Part shown: in pieces, positions 8,544 through 17,643 of the stretch
Position numbering within the stretch: position 1 is the first letter of the stretch
Layout: every line of letters starts with the position of its first letter
IMG/VR virus record: IMGVR_UViG_3300023181_000026
Span: 1 to 64,000 of that record
DNA from: a virus
Length of the DNA: 64,000 bases
Reading direction: 5' to 3' (one strand)
Program-made: the position numbers and the translations under genes
The notes under the pieces: generated by a model
Databases searched by the model: none
What the model was told of the DNA's origin: nothing
The model's input: the letters and a program-made list of their open reading frames with translations, nothing else

Positions 8544-10634
8544 ATGAAAGCATTAGAAGAAACACATCAATCACCTATATTTATTACATATGATATAGAG
8601 ACTTTCTATTCGATCTTTTGTGTTGTATTCAAATATAAAGACAGATATAAAATATTTGAAATCAGTGAAAGAATAGACCAAGAAAAAGAATTAAAAGCTT
8701 TTCTCAGGGAGGCGATAGAAAAAGGATGGTTTCTTTGTGGATTTAATAACTGTAGATTTGATGGTCAAGTATTACAATGGATTTTGAATGGTAAAAATGG
8801 TTTATCTAAATTATCTGGCGTAGAAAAAGCAAAAGCTATAATGGAATTTGCATCTGGAGTAATTACTAAAATTAACAACAGAGAATTTCCACCTTATTCG
8901 GAAGATAAAATTCAGTTCAAACAACTAGATTTATTTCTTCAGAACCATTACAATAACGCCGCTCGTTTTTCGGGATTAAAATGGATTGAATATAGTATGA
9001 ATTTTGAGAAAATTCAAGATTTACCCTATAAATTTGATGAGTATTTAGAAAGTGATAAATTTGATGATGTAATAGATTATTGCAAAAACGATGTAAATGC
9101 AACAGAAACTTTCTTTTATAAATGTAAAGATTTATTACAACTACGATTTACTCAACAGTCGGAAAATCCACATTTATTATTACTGAATAAATCTGATAGT
9201 ACAATAGGTGAAATGCTATTTTTAGATATGATGGCTAATAAGTTGGCAGTAGATAAAAATATACTAAAGAAAAAGCAGACTCATCATAAATCCATAAAGT
9301 TAAAAGATGTTATTCTGCCTTATATAAAATTTGAAACGGCTGAGTTTAATAGCGTTTTAGAATTCTTCAAAGAGCAGGAAATAACTAGTACAAAAGATGT
9401 TTTCAAACACATGATGGTATATGATGGATTGGAATATTTCTATGGATTGGGTGGTCTACACGCTGCAAGAGGTAATTCTATAGTAAAATCAGATAATGAA
9501 AATATTGTATTGTCAATAGATTTTCAAAGTTTCTATCCTAATATTTCAATTAAGAATCGCTTTTATCCAAAACATTTATCGGAATCTTTCTGCGATCTTT
9601 ACGAAGAACTTTTTGAAAAAAGAAAATTAATACCTAAATCGAATCCTCAAAATACAGCAATTAAGCTACTTTTGAACGCAACATTTGGAAAAGGGGGTGA
9701 TATTTATAGCTTCCTTTACGATAAATTTTTTCAAATGTCTATTACTGTAAATGGTCAATTGATATTATCAATGTTATGTGAGCAATTATCACAGATAGAT
9801 GGTGTCAGAATGCATATGGTAAATACAGATGGGGCGGAGTTGATAGTACCAAGGAATAAAAAACGAGAGGTATACAACGTGTGTTTAGAAATTGAAAAAC
9901 TTACTCAGCTTACTTTAGAATACAGTGTGTATGATAAATTATTTACTAGAGACATTAATAATTATCTAGGAATTGATATAAAAGGTAAAATTAAAACAAA
10001 AGGTGCATTTGAAATAGACGTAGAATATCATAAGAACAGGTCTTCTCGTATCACTCAGATAGCTGTAAAGCGTTATTTTGTAGACGGAGTAGCTGTGGAA
10101 GATACTATAAAAAATCATCTCTCTGGAGCTCTATATGAAGGTATAGAAAATCAGGGTATATATGATTTTTGTATTGGTAAGAAGATTAAAAGTAATCAGA
10201 ATTATACTTTAGAAACAGAATCGGAAATTATTAAAAATATTGAAGATAAGGTTATCCGTTTTTATGTTTCCAATGATGGAGTATTCTTGTATAAGAATTA
10301 CAACGATGGAAGAAAAGAAGTTACTGTTGGTAATAATAAAGTAACAATGTTTATGGATTATTATGAAAGTGAAGATTACCATATAAATTATGATTATTAT
10401 ATAGAACAAGCGAATAGAATTATTTTTGAAGTTGACGGTACTAATGATAGATTGGCAGTAGAGGCAAAAGAAAAGCGAGAAAAAGAAAAACTACAGAAAG
10501 AGGAAGAGAATTATTTAAAATATTGTATAAATAAAATCCCGACGCAGCTTCAGTATGATCAATACTGGAGATCGCATTGTGAAGATAAATACGGTAAGCC
10601 ACAAGAAATAAAACCAAGTAAAGCAAAAGTATAA
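8544..10634 (+). CDS. polB: family B DNA polymerase with 3'-5' exonuclease
   Basis: ExoI YDIET, ExoII FNNCRFD, ExoIII YCKNDV; motif A DFQSFYP, motif B KLLLNATFG, motif C NTDG. Confidence 0.92.
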   Translation: MKALEETHQSPIFITYDIETFYSIFCVVFKYKDRYKIFEISERIDQEKELKAFLREAIEKGWFLCGFNNCRFDGQVLQWILNGKNGLSKLSGVEKAKAIMEFASGVITKINNREFPPYSEDKIQFKQLDLFLQNHYNNAARFSGLKWIEYSMNFEKIQDLPYKFDEYLESDKFDDVIDYCKNDVNATETFFYKCKDLLQLRFTQQSENPHLLLLNKSDSTIGEMLFLDMMANKLAVDKNILKKKQTHHKSIKLKDVILPYIKFETAEFNSVLEFFKEQEITSTKDVFKHMMVYDGLEYFYGLGGLHAARGNSIVKSDNENIVLSIDFQSFYPNISIKNRFYPKHLSESFCDLYEELFEKRKLIPKSNPQNTAIKLLLNATFGKGGDIYSFLYDKFFQMSITVNGQLILSMLCEQLSQIDGVRMHMVNTDGAELIVPRNKKREVYNVCLEIEKLTQLTLEYSVYDKLFTRDINNYLGIDIKGKIKTKGAFEIDVEYHKNRSSRITQIAVKRYFVDGVAVEDTIKNHLSGALYEGIENQGIYDFCIGKKIKSNQNYTLETESEIIKNIEDKVIRFYVSNDGVFLYKNYNDGRKEVTVGNNKVTMFMDYYESEDYHINYDYYIEQANRIIFEVDGTNDRLAVEAKEKREKEKLQKEEENYLKYCINKIPTQLQYDQYWRSHCEDKYGKPQEIKPSKAKV

Positions 10635-10650
10635 TAAATTCTATTATTTA

Positions 10651-10682
10651 TTTGTGAATGTCGATTATAATTCATAAGTTTG
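10651..10682 (+). promoter_or_regulatory. Bacteroidota sigma70-type promoter for GIY-YIG gene
   Basis: TTTG (10651-54), 20-nt spacer, TAAGTTTG (10675-82) matches TTTG-N19-21-TAnnTTTG. Confidence 0.75.
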
Positions 10683-10696
10683 CTGGGTAGTTGAAA

Positions 10697-10795
10697 GGTC
10701 AAGCTCAGTTACAATGAAAAATATATTTAAATATCGGAACTGTCCGTCTATAGATCTTGCTTGACCCAAGTGATATAGACGGCTTTTCTGTTTTT
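10697..10795 (+). promoter_or_regulatory. structured 5' leader / attenuator-like hairpin
   Basis: 9-bp stem CCGTCTATA/TATAGACGG followed by U-rich tract; alternative 8-bp pairing GGTCAAGC/GCTTGACC. Confidence 0.55.
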
Positions 10796-10808
10796 ACAAG
10801 CCATAGAC

Positions 10809-11672
10809 ATGCAAAACTTTAACACAGAAAAATTAAAAACACAAATTGGAGTTTATGAAATTAGGAATATTATAAATAATAAAGTTTACATAGGTTCCAC
10901 CATTATGTCATTTCATAGAAGATGGGATCATCATCGGTCTTTATTAAGAGCAAATACTCATAAAAATGTCCATCTCCAAAGAGCTTGGAATAAACATGGT
11001 GAAGAGAACTTTATTTTCAACGTACTAGAAATAGTTGCTGAGTGCTGTACATTAGATGTGGAACAAACTTATTTGGATACAATTTCTGAAAAATATAATA
11101 TAAATCCTCTTGCTTCTGGAACTCCAAACATGTCACAAGAGACTATTGATAAAAGAGCAGCCAGTTTTAAAATAACAACTTCTATTTCATTAAATTACTT
11201 GAAAAAAGTTAGAAGTGGAGAAATCAATATTGAAGATGTCCCTGATAAATATTTAAAGTTAGTTAGATATAGATTAGAATCGGTGCCTTGGAACAAAGGT
11301 CTAACTTTAGAAGATACAGATTACTCATATCTTAGGGTGCCGAAAACAACAACAGATAAATTAAAACAGGCACATAAAAATACATCTATAAGGCATAGAG
11401 AATCCGCTCCTGAAATATTTGTATACAATAAAGAAGGTTCGTTTTTAGGTAGTTGGAATTGTTCTCAGGATTTAGCAGATTGGTCTAAAACAGATGAAAA
11501 TAATCTGCCTATAGTTTCGAGATTTAAAGGTGATATGAGAATGGGAATTCCAGTTAAACATTTACTAGCATCTGGTATAAATAAATCTGCAAATACAGGA
11601 GAACCTTACAAAGGAATTTACTTTTCTTATACTCCTCTCTCTGTTAAATCTTTCTTAAAGACAGTGGATTAG
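10809..11672 (+). CDS. free-standing GIY-YIG (Seg-like) homing endonuclease
   Basis: GVYEIRNIINNKVYIGS...RRWDHH...HKNVHLQRAWNKHGEENF.F.VLE. Confidence 0.9.
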   Translation: MQNFNTEKLKTQIGVYEIRNIINNKVYIGSTIMSFHRRWDHHRSLLRANTHKNVHLQRAWNKHGEENFIFNVLEIVAECCTLDVEQTYLDTISEKYNINPLASGTPNMSQETIDKRAASFKITTSISLNYLKKVRSGEINIEDVPDKYLKLVRYRLESVPWNKGLTLEDTDYSYLRVPKTTTDKLKQAHKNTSIRHRESAPEIFVYNKEGSFLGSWNCSQDLADWSKTDENNLPIVSRFKGDMRMGIPVKHLLASGINKSANTGEPYKGIYFSYTPLSVKSFLKTVD

Positions 11673-11687
11673 TTTGTAATTATTCTG

Positions 11688-11695
11688 TATCTTTG
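11688..11695 (+). promoter_or_regulatory. putative Bacteroidota -7 promoter element for small-ORF array
   Basis: TATCTTTG in intergenic region 80 nt upstream of 11775. Confidence 0.55.
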
Positions 11696-11774
11696 TTAAT
11701 ATCAGTTCTTTAGAGACTTGTTATTTCTTTTTACGCGGCGATTTTAAAAACAAAACAATTAATAAAATATAGGT

Positions 11775-11966
11775 ATGAACAGATATATAATAACAAAACT
11801 TAAAAAAGACAGGACTGAAAGGTTTATTTTAGCATTAGATTTAAAAACATGGTTGCCATTATCTAAAAGTAAAAATGCAGCTTTCCTAAATATCAATGAA
11901 GCTCTTGATGTTATAAAGAAGTTAAATCCAGACGAAAATTATTATTATTTAAAAACTAACATATGA
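11775..11966 (+). CDS. hypothetical phage protein (63 aa)
   Basis: ORF track; array. Confidence 0.6.
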   Translation: MNRYIITKLKKDRTERFILALDLKTWLPLSKSKNAAFLNINEALDVIKKLNPDENYYYLKTNI

Positions 11967-12250
11967 ACGATTCGACACTAATTACAAAAGAAATATTACA
12001 AGAATACGGTTTTATCTGTGAAAGAGAAAGAAATACAGAAACAGAATTAGACGGAATATGGTATAATTGTTTTAATCTGTGTGAGGATTTTTATGATGGG
12101 GATTTTAATTTCGCCGTGTATGTCAGAGGATCAGGTTGCATGAAAAATGGGTATTCTATAAAAACAGTTGGGAGATTGAAAGAGTTATACAAAGGAATTA
12201 CGGGTAAAAACTTAGAGAAAGCTGTTATTGAAGTACCTAATAAATTATAG
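11963..12250 (+). CDS. hypothetical phage protein (95 aa)
   Basis: ORF track; ATGA overlap. Confidence 0.7.
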   Translation: MNDSTLITKEILQEYGFICERERNTETELDGIWYNCFNLCEDFYDGDFNFAVYVRGSGCMKNGYSIKTVGRLKELYKGITGKNLEKAVIEVPNKL

Positions 12251-12252
12251 TA

Positions 12253-12435
12253 ATGAATTACACATCAGTAAGAAACGAAAATGGGAGTTATTCTCTAATA
12301 AAAGACGGAGACTTCTATTATGATTTAGGTAGAGAATTTAGCTACCCATCTATAACTAAATTCCTCAAAATATTGAATGAAATAAAGGATGTTAAATTAC
12401 CTATAGTAGGAGAAATATATGAAGAAGAGATTTGA
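12253..12435 (+). CDS. hypothetical phage protein (60 aa)
   Basis: ORF track; array. Confidence 0.6.
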   Translation: MNYTSVRNENGSYSLIKDGDFYYDLGREFSYPSITKFLKILNEIKDVKLPIVGEIYEEEI

Positions 12436-12589
12436 ATATGTGAGCCGTTATTTTCGAGGTAATATTATGGATTTGGATGGTTATTTAAATGAATTAGGAA
12501 GGGATCAATGGGAATTAATATCATCTTTGAATATTGTTGAAGATAAAATAAACTTTTACCTTATTTTTAAACGGGAAATAAATATATGA
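12419..12589 (+). CDS. DUF4177-like small protein (56 aa)
   Basis: hand translation MKKRFEYVS...YLNELGRDQWELIS...YLIFKREINI matches the EY..LNELG..GWEL..FKR pattern; not in track. Confidence 0.6.
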   Translation: MKKRFEYVSRYFRGNIMDLDGYLNELGRDQWELISSLNIVEDKINFYLIFKREINI

Positions 12590-12727
12590 TACAGAATAGA
12601 ATATACCAAGTAAAAGGAACAAATAAATATTGGGTTTATATTCACGAATTATTTGGGTTTTATACTTTAGATGGCGCACCATGTTGGTGGGAAGGAAATA
12701 TAGAATTTATTGATACTGGCGTGAATT

Positions 12728-12946
12728 ATGGAAAATAAATTAAAATACATTATAAAAGATTATGAACAAATAGATTTTATACATGAATTATTATCGTATG
12801 AAGATGTAGGAGAGGAAACTATAAAGCTTTATAATGGGGGTTTATATTTAGGGAATATATTTGTACAGACAGAAATAGACGGCAGAGAATTTATATGGCT
12901 TAATCAAAGAGTTGAATGGCTAGATCATATAACAAAACAATTATAG
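12728..12946 (+). CDS. hypothetical phage protein (72 aa)
   Basis: ORF track; array. Confidence 0.6.
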   Translation: MENKLKYIIKDYEQIDFIHELLSYEDVGEETIKLYNGGLYLGNIFVQTEIDGREFIWLNQRVEWLDHITKQL

Positions 12947-13131
12947 TGAAAAATATAAATGTACGTCCTAATTTTTCAATTTATAGTGATATTGAAATAG
13001 GAGATGAGTATATAATAGTTTCGTACGATGATTTTACAAATGAAATTATGAATGTCGGCTTTACTTATTGCAGTTTTCGGGAAATTTGGAAAAAACATAA
13101 AAGTGTAATAGGGAGATGGAAAATAAAATGA
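12916..13131 (+). CDS. hypothetical phage protein (71 aa)
   Basis: ORF track; array. Confidence 0.55.
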   Translation: MARSYNKTIIVKNINVRPNFSIYSDIEIGDEYIIVSYDDFTNEIMNVGFTYCSFREIWKKHKSVIGRWKIK

Positions 13132-13328
13132 AAAAATCAATAGAGGATATATTTCCTATAGGTCAAAAAGTTTTCTTTCATAGTGGGAATTTTACAGGTT
13201 ATGAAGGAGTTGTTAAAAGTGTAGACTACCAAGATCCAGAAGCAATATTTGGTTTTATTATAAATGTTGAGCTGGAAAATGGGAGAATAGTTAAAGTAGA
13301 AAAATCAGAACATATCACTAAATTATGA
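13116..13328 (+). CDS. small KOW/SH3-like beta-barrel protein
   Basis: FPIGQKVFFHSGNFTGYEGVVKSV pattern. Confidence 0.5.
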   Translation: MENKMKKSIEDIFPIGQKVFFHSGNFTGYEGVVKSVDYQDPEAIFGFIINVELENGRIVKVEKSEHITKL

Positions 13329-13669
13329 GCAACAAATTAGATATTACAAAGGGAGAGTGGAAAAGCCACCAACAGAATAGCGGCGATATGTATATATCAA
13401 GTGAAGATTGGTTTAACTTTATTAAAGTATCATTTGTTCACGATGCAAATACAGAAAATCATAGAGAGCAGTGTTTAAATAATTCAAAGCTTATTTGTGA
13501 TGCAGGAAACACTTATAACCAAACACCATTATTACCTTCTGAGTTGCTTAGGCAGAGGAATGAGTTAATTGAGGTTTTAAACCATTTAGGTAGTTGCCTT
13601 TCAGGAACTATATATTATAAATTAAGTGAACTATGTTATGAAACGCTAACACAAATCGAAAATGAGTAA
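13325..13669 (+). CDS. hypothetical phage protein (114 aa)
   Basis: ORF track; TKGEW...N.KLI.DAG pattern common in phage small proteins. Confidence 0.7.
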   Translation: MSNKLDITKGEWKSHQQNSGDMYISSEDWFNFIKVSFVHDANTENHREQCLNNSKLICDAGNTYNQTPLLPSELLRQRNELIEVLNHLGSCLSGTIYYKLSELCYETLTQIENE

Positions 13670-14153
13670 ACTAACATTAGAGCACATTGCTCCATATTTA
13701 CCGTATGGGCTAAAGGTACACACTGGATTTGATATAAGAACTATGGTTGATGAAATTACTTCAGTTAATCAAGTTAATAATAGCCTACTTATTCAATTTG
13801 TAACTTCTAAACAATGTAAACCTATTTTAAGAAAAATGGATTTGGCTAAGACTATAACAATAGATGAGAAAGAGGTTACGCCAATTTTAGAACTTGCTAA
13901 CATTTGTTCTGGTTCATATGACTGGACTTTATTTTGTGGAAAAGCTGTAAGAGGAAGAGATGTAATATCTAAAGAGATTTTTAATTATGAAAATGGAGAC
14001 TTTTATTTTTATGATAAAATAGAACAATACCATGTTAATAACCAACTCGCTTTATTCAAATGGCTATACGCAAATAAATTCGATGTGGAAGGACTTATTG
14101 ACTCTGGTCTTGCTGTTGACGTGGAAACATTAGAAACTAATCCTTATGAATAA
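13662..14153 (+). CDS. conserved Bacteroidota-phage hypothetical protein (163 aa)
   Basis: APYLPYGLKV...KPILR...FDVEGLIDSGLAVD pattern recalled from Bacteroidota phages. Confidence 0.75.
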   Translation: MSKLTLEHIAPYLPYGLKVHTGFDIRTMVDEITSVNQVNNSLLIQFVTSKQCKPILRKMDLAKTITIDEKEVTPILELANICSGSYDWTLFCGKAVRGRDVISKEIFNYENGDFYFYDKIEQYHVNNQLALFKWLYANKFDVEGLIDSGLAVDVETLETNPYE

Positions 14154-14379
14154 AAATATCTCTTAAAATAAATTATCTCTACAAGAATTACTTTGTTTTT
14201 TACCAGAGTGGAAACTATTTAATATGTATGGTTTGGAACACATATATAACGATACTTATTATATTGAAAAGATTTATGATTATTTTATAATAGGGTATGA
14301 CCCCGGAGATAGGGTTTTTAAAATGATAGGTAGAGTGAATACTTTAACAGAATTATTATCAATAATAGAAAAATTATAA
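14146..14379 (+). pseudogene. small ORF interrupted by in-frame TAA at codon 7 (14164-66), or gene with a downstream alternative start
   Basis: MNKNIS*NKLSLQELLCFLPEWKLF...IIEKL; fills the gap between neighbours exactly. Confidence 0.4.
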
Positions 14380-14382
14380 AAA

Positions 14383-14646
14383 ATGGAATTAAGAAGCGAA
14401 CAAAAATTTAACGGAGAATTCAGAGTGCATGTTATACCTTATGAGGAAGAAGTGGTATCGGAATGTATATCTGTCTTTAATAGGGATACTGTAGATTATA
14501 CAGTTGAAGGAGATTTTAAGAAGAGTTTATTCACTGTTTTAAGAGATGTAGCTGATTTTGAACGTATTTCCTTAGCTGAATTGCTGTGTTCTTATTTATC
14601 CGCCGAGGAAAAAGAAGACTTGTTAGATGAATTAAATGTTATTTAG
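14383..14646 (+). CDS. hypothetical phage protein (87 aa)
   Basis: ORF track; array. Confidence 0.65.
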   Translation: MELRSEQKFNGEFRVHVIPYEEEVVSECISVFNRDTVDYTVEGDFKKSLFTVLRDVADFERISLAELLCSYLSAEEKEDLLDELNVI

Positions 14647-14798
14647 ATTATGGAAAAAGCAATTGAAATAGTACAGAGTAAATTAAGCCAAGTAGAATAT
14701 AATCTGTCTTTAACATTAGCAGATTCTGATTTTTATAAAACTATGTTTGCGAGAAAATTAGTATTAACGGATATCCTTAGAGATTTAAAGAAGGAGTT

Positions 14799-15122
14799 AT
14801 GATGATTTACATAACTAAGAAATACTGCGACTTTACAGAAAAATATAAACCTCATAAAGTTTGGGAGGTTGATTGCGCAGATGTAGAAAATGAGTATAAA
14901 TTATTTATGGTAAGTAGAGCTTATGAGTTAGGTCTTATTATTAGTATGAAACATTTAATTGTTGCAAATTATCCAGACCACCATGCCCATATGTTTAAAT
15001 CTGAATATATTGCCGCCGAAAAGAAATGGAATAAGATTTTAAAACAGTGGAATATAGATAGGTTTATTGCAGATATATTAAAAGGTAAGAAATTAGAATT
15101 TAAAGAGATTAATAGGATATGA
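14799..15122 (+). CDS. hypothetical phage protein (107 aa)
   Basis: ORF track; array. Confidence 0.65.
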   Translation: MMIYITKKYCDFTEKYKPHKVWEVDCADVENEYKLFMVSRAYELGLIISMKHLIVANYPDHHAHMFKSEYIAAEKKWNKILKQWNIDRFIADILKGKKLEFKEINRI

Positions 15123-15316
15123 AAACAATTAGAGAAGTCTTAGAAGAAAGTATATGGGATTCAGGAGATGATTATATACTAAAAACTGATGAAGAGATTA
15201 TTGATATCATATCTGATTTTGGAAATGGTTTATGCGAATTTCACACTTTAGATATAAATAGACTTGTAGTTGAGAACCAAAGAATGAAAAAATTACTAAA
15301 TATAAAAGATATATAA
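15119..15316 (+). CDS. hypothetical phage protein (65 aa)
   Basis: ORF track; ATGA overlap. Confidence 0.6.
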   Translation: MKTIREVLEESIWDSGDDYILKTDEEIIDIISDFGNGLCEFHTLDINRLVVENQRMKKLLNIKDI

Positions 15317-15546
15317 TGAGACCACAAGAAAAAGCTAATTATTTAGTTGACATATTCGCAGATATGGAGTCTACAGAAGTAGAATGCGGCAGTTATTGTC
15401 AAGGCGGTACAGTAAACAGGAAGAAATTAGGAATTGAAGCAGCTTTAATATGTGCAGAAGAGATACAAAATATAAAAAGTGTTGAAAAGGATATTGATCT
15501 TTATGATTATTGGGAAGAGGTTAAACTAGAATTGCAAAAGTTATAG
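15316..15546 (+). CDS. hypothetical phage protein (76 aa)
   Basis: ORF track; TAATG overlap; P.EKA..LV..F...ALIC.EEI...YWEEVK.EL pattern. Confidence 0.7.
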   Translation: MRPQEKANYLVDIFADMESTEVECGSYCQGGTVNRKKLGIEAALICAEEIQNIKSVEKDIDLYDYWEEVKLELQKL

Positions 15547-15547
15547 A

Positions 15548-15814
15548 ATGCGTATAAAATTGTGGCTGGAGCGTAAGTATCCTAAAGATTGTTCTAGATT
15601 GAGAGAGTTATTTACAGATGAACAGTTAGACTATTATTTGAAAATTAAAGAAGGAGATTTTGGTAATTTAGAATCTTTCGGTTTGTCTTTTTTGCGGCGA
15701 AAAAGGCGACTTAACAGATTTGAATATTTACTAAGAACAGGTGAAGTAATATTACTTAGTAAAGATAAAAATATTAACAATAGATTAACAGTAACTGATG
15801 AATTTAAATTGTAG
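15548..15814 (+). CDS. hypothetical phage protein (88 aa)
   Basis: ORF track; array. Confidence 0.6.
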   Translation: MRIKLWLERKYPKDCSRLRELFTDEQLDYYLKIKEGDFGNLESFGLSFLRRKRRLNRFEYLLRTGEVILLSKDKNINNRLTVTDEFKL

Positions 15815-15838
15815 ATTTGTCTTAGTAAAACATACTGT

Positions 15839-16147
15839 ATGAAAGACCAAGATAAAATAGATATTCTAACTAAAGGTTTATATAATATATTATTACAAGA
15901 AGATGTCAAATGTAAAAATATAGCTAATGAGGCTTTAAATAAAATTCAAGTAAAGAAAGTCTTAAGTAATAAATATGAAATTAACAAAATCTACATTACT
16001 AAATTACAAACAGGATGGGAGTTTCTACTAAAAGAGATAGTGTATAAAAATAATAAATCTAATATAGACCATTTTAAAGGTATTTGGATAGGTAGAGAAC
16101 ATTTAGGCATTTGTCCTTTAGGTGCTGATAGATTAATAAATGAATAA
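15839..16147 (+). CDS. hypothetical phage protein (102 aa)
   Basis: ORF track; array. Confidence 0.65.
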   Translation: MKDQDKIDILTKGLYNILLQEDVKCKNIANEALNKIQVKKVLSNKYEINKIYITKLQTGWEFLLKEIVYKNNKSNIDHFKGIWIGREHLGICPLGADRLINE

Positions 16148-16340
16148 AGACATGAACAAAATAAAACAAAGAAGAGATGTTGGGGCAATATGTCCTAAGT
16201 GTAAAAGCCCAGACTATAAATATAATGATAGAGCCAATTCAGAATTCACTGATGATGGTAAGCATCAATTTGAATGTAATTCATGTGGTAAGACTTGGCA
16301 ATATGGTAAGTCAGAATCTGTTTACACAAAATTTATTTAA
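16140..16340 (+). CDS. zinc-ribbon protein (66 aa)
   Basis: CPKC...FECNSCGKTW. Confidence 0.7.
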   Translation: MNKDMNKIKQRRDVGAICPKCKSPDYKYNDRANSEFTDDGKHQFECNSCGKTWQYGKSESVYTKFI

Positions 16341-16343
16341 TTT

Positions 16344-16781
16344 ATGATAAAAGAATATGTTTTAGGTTTTTGTTTTACGCGCGATAAAAAGAAGGTGGTT
16401 TTAATAAGTAAACTTCGCCCTGCGTGGCAAAATGGATCTCTGAATGGAATTGGCGGCAAGGTAGAAACTTATGATAACTCTCCTTTAGATGCTATGATAA
16501 GAGAATTTAAAGAAGAAACTGGAGTTGAGACTTTAATAGCAGATTGGGATTATTTTACTAAGATGATTTTCCCTAATGATATTATGGGCGGTGTGGCTGT
16601 AGTGCATTGTTATAGAATGTTTTCTAATTTGGCGTGGCAATGTAAAACAACTGAAGAGGAGGAGATTATCTTGGTAGATATTAATGAGTTAGATAAATTT
16701 GATAAAATTAGTAATCTTAATTTTCTTATTCCTTTAGCTTTAGATGAAAATGTAACTTTGGCTGAAATTGAAATAAAATAA
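16344..16781 (+). CDS. Nudix hydrolase
   Basis: Nudix box GGKVETYDNSPLDAMIREFKEETGV. Confidence 0.92.
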   Translation: MIKEYVLGFCFTRDKKKVVLISKLRPAWQNGSLNGIGGKVETYDNSPLDAMIREFKEETGVETLIADWDYFTKMIFPNDIMGGVAVVHCYRMFSNLAWQCKTTEEEEIILVDINELDKFDKISNLNFLIPLALDENVTLAEIEIK

Positions 16782-16783
16782 TT

Positions 16784-17002
16784 ATGGAAAATCAAATATT
16801 AGAAATAGATAGTTTACAAGTTAATATAGAAATTTTTGAAAAATTATTTATTCAACATACAGGGTTAACAACGGAAGATTTTAAAATAAATTCTGCAAGA
16901 AATCAAAGAACAAGCATATGTGGTTACTATGAACTACATAAAGTTAATGATTTTAGATTAAGGGAATATAGGCAAGGTGTAAAAATGCTTTTAAAAGTAT
17001 AA
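16784..17002 (+). CDS. hypothetical phage protein (72 aa)
   Basis: ORF track; array. Confidence 0.6.
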   Translation: MENQILEIDSLQVNIEIFEKLFIQHTGLTTEDFKINSARNQRTSICGYYELHKVNDFRLREYRQGVKMLLKV

Positions 17003-17008
17003 TTTATT

Positions 17009-17446
17009 ATGAGTGGTAGACCAAAACAAGAAATATATCTGTATGATTCAGATGGTAAATATCTGAGAAAGTTTGAGAGTTCCAGCGAGTTTTGTAGAAC
17101 TTTTCAGTTTGATGATAACCTTTTTTCGCGCCTTGATGGTGTATTTGAATTTGAAGACCTCAGAGTAGCTGCAACTTATAGAATCGGCAGAGAAGGTATA
17201 GAAGCTTGGAGAAGATACAAGAAAAGCGTTTATACAAAGAAATATGTAGGTAGAAAGATTGCTGAGACTGTACTCAATAATAATAAAATCGGTAATCCTT
17301 TAGAACTTATTAATCTAGACGGTGAAGTTATTGCAACATTTAAAAACTTCTATTTCGCCAAAAAACTTTTGAAAATGACAGACAGTTCTGTTCCAAATAC
17401 TAAGAACTTTAATGAAGACGGATTAAAATTTAGATATGTTAATTAG
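17009..17446 (+). CDS. NUMOD1-like DNA-binding repeat protein without nuclease domain
   Basis: two repeats IYLYDSDGKYLRKFES.SE and LELINLDGEVIATFKN. Confidence 0.65.
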   Translation: MSGRPKQEIYLYDSDGKYLRKFESSSEFCRTFQFDDNLFSRLDGVFEFEDLRVAATYRIGREGIEAWRRYKKSVYTKKYVGRKIAETVLNNNKIGNPLELINLDGEVIATFKNFYFAKKLLKMTDSSVPNTKNFNEDGLKFRYVN

Positions 17447-17642
17447 TGTAGATAATTGGAGTTTAAAATGGGAGCAAGATGGTAAGGTTTATTATATTGC
17501 TATACCTCCCGCCGCAAAGAATGAAAATAGAATTGATATAATAAGTCAACAACAGTTTGATAAGATGTCTAACTATCATTTAGATGTAGATTGTATAGTA
17601 ATAGAAATAAAAGACGGAAAAATTAAAAATATAATTTATTAA
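17436..17642 (+). CDS. hypothetical phage protein (68 aa)
   Basis: ORF track; array. Confidence 0.6.
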   Translation: MLISVDNWSLKWEQDGKVYYIAIPPAAKNENRIDIISQQQFDKMSNYHLDVDCIVIEIKDGKIKNIIY

Positions 17643-17643
17643 G

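Noticed and set aside
10685-10700. IscB/omegaRNA or IS200/605-like end (reverse complement resembles TCAACTACCC)
   Set aside because: Only about 10 nt of similarity, the wrong associated nuclease (GIY-YIG), and no further omegaRNA features.
10635-11774. Group I intron carrying the GIY-YIG inside polB
   Set aside because: PolB has all motifs and ends before the element; I see no downstream exon and could not identify P7/R/S elements.
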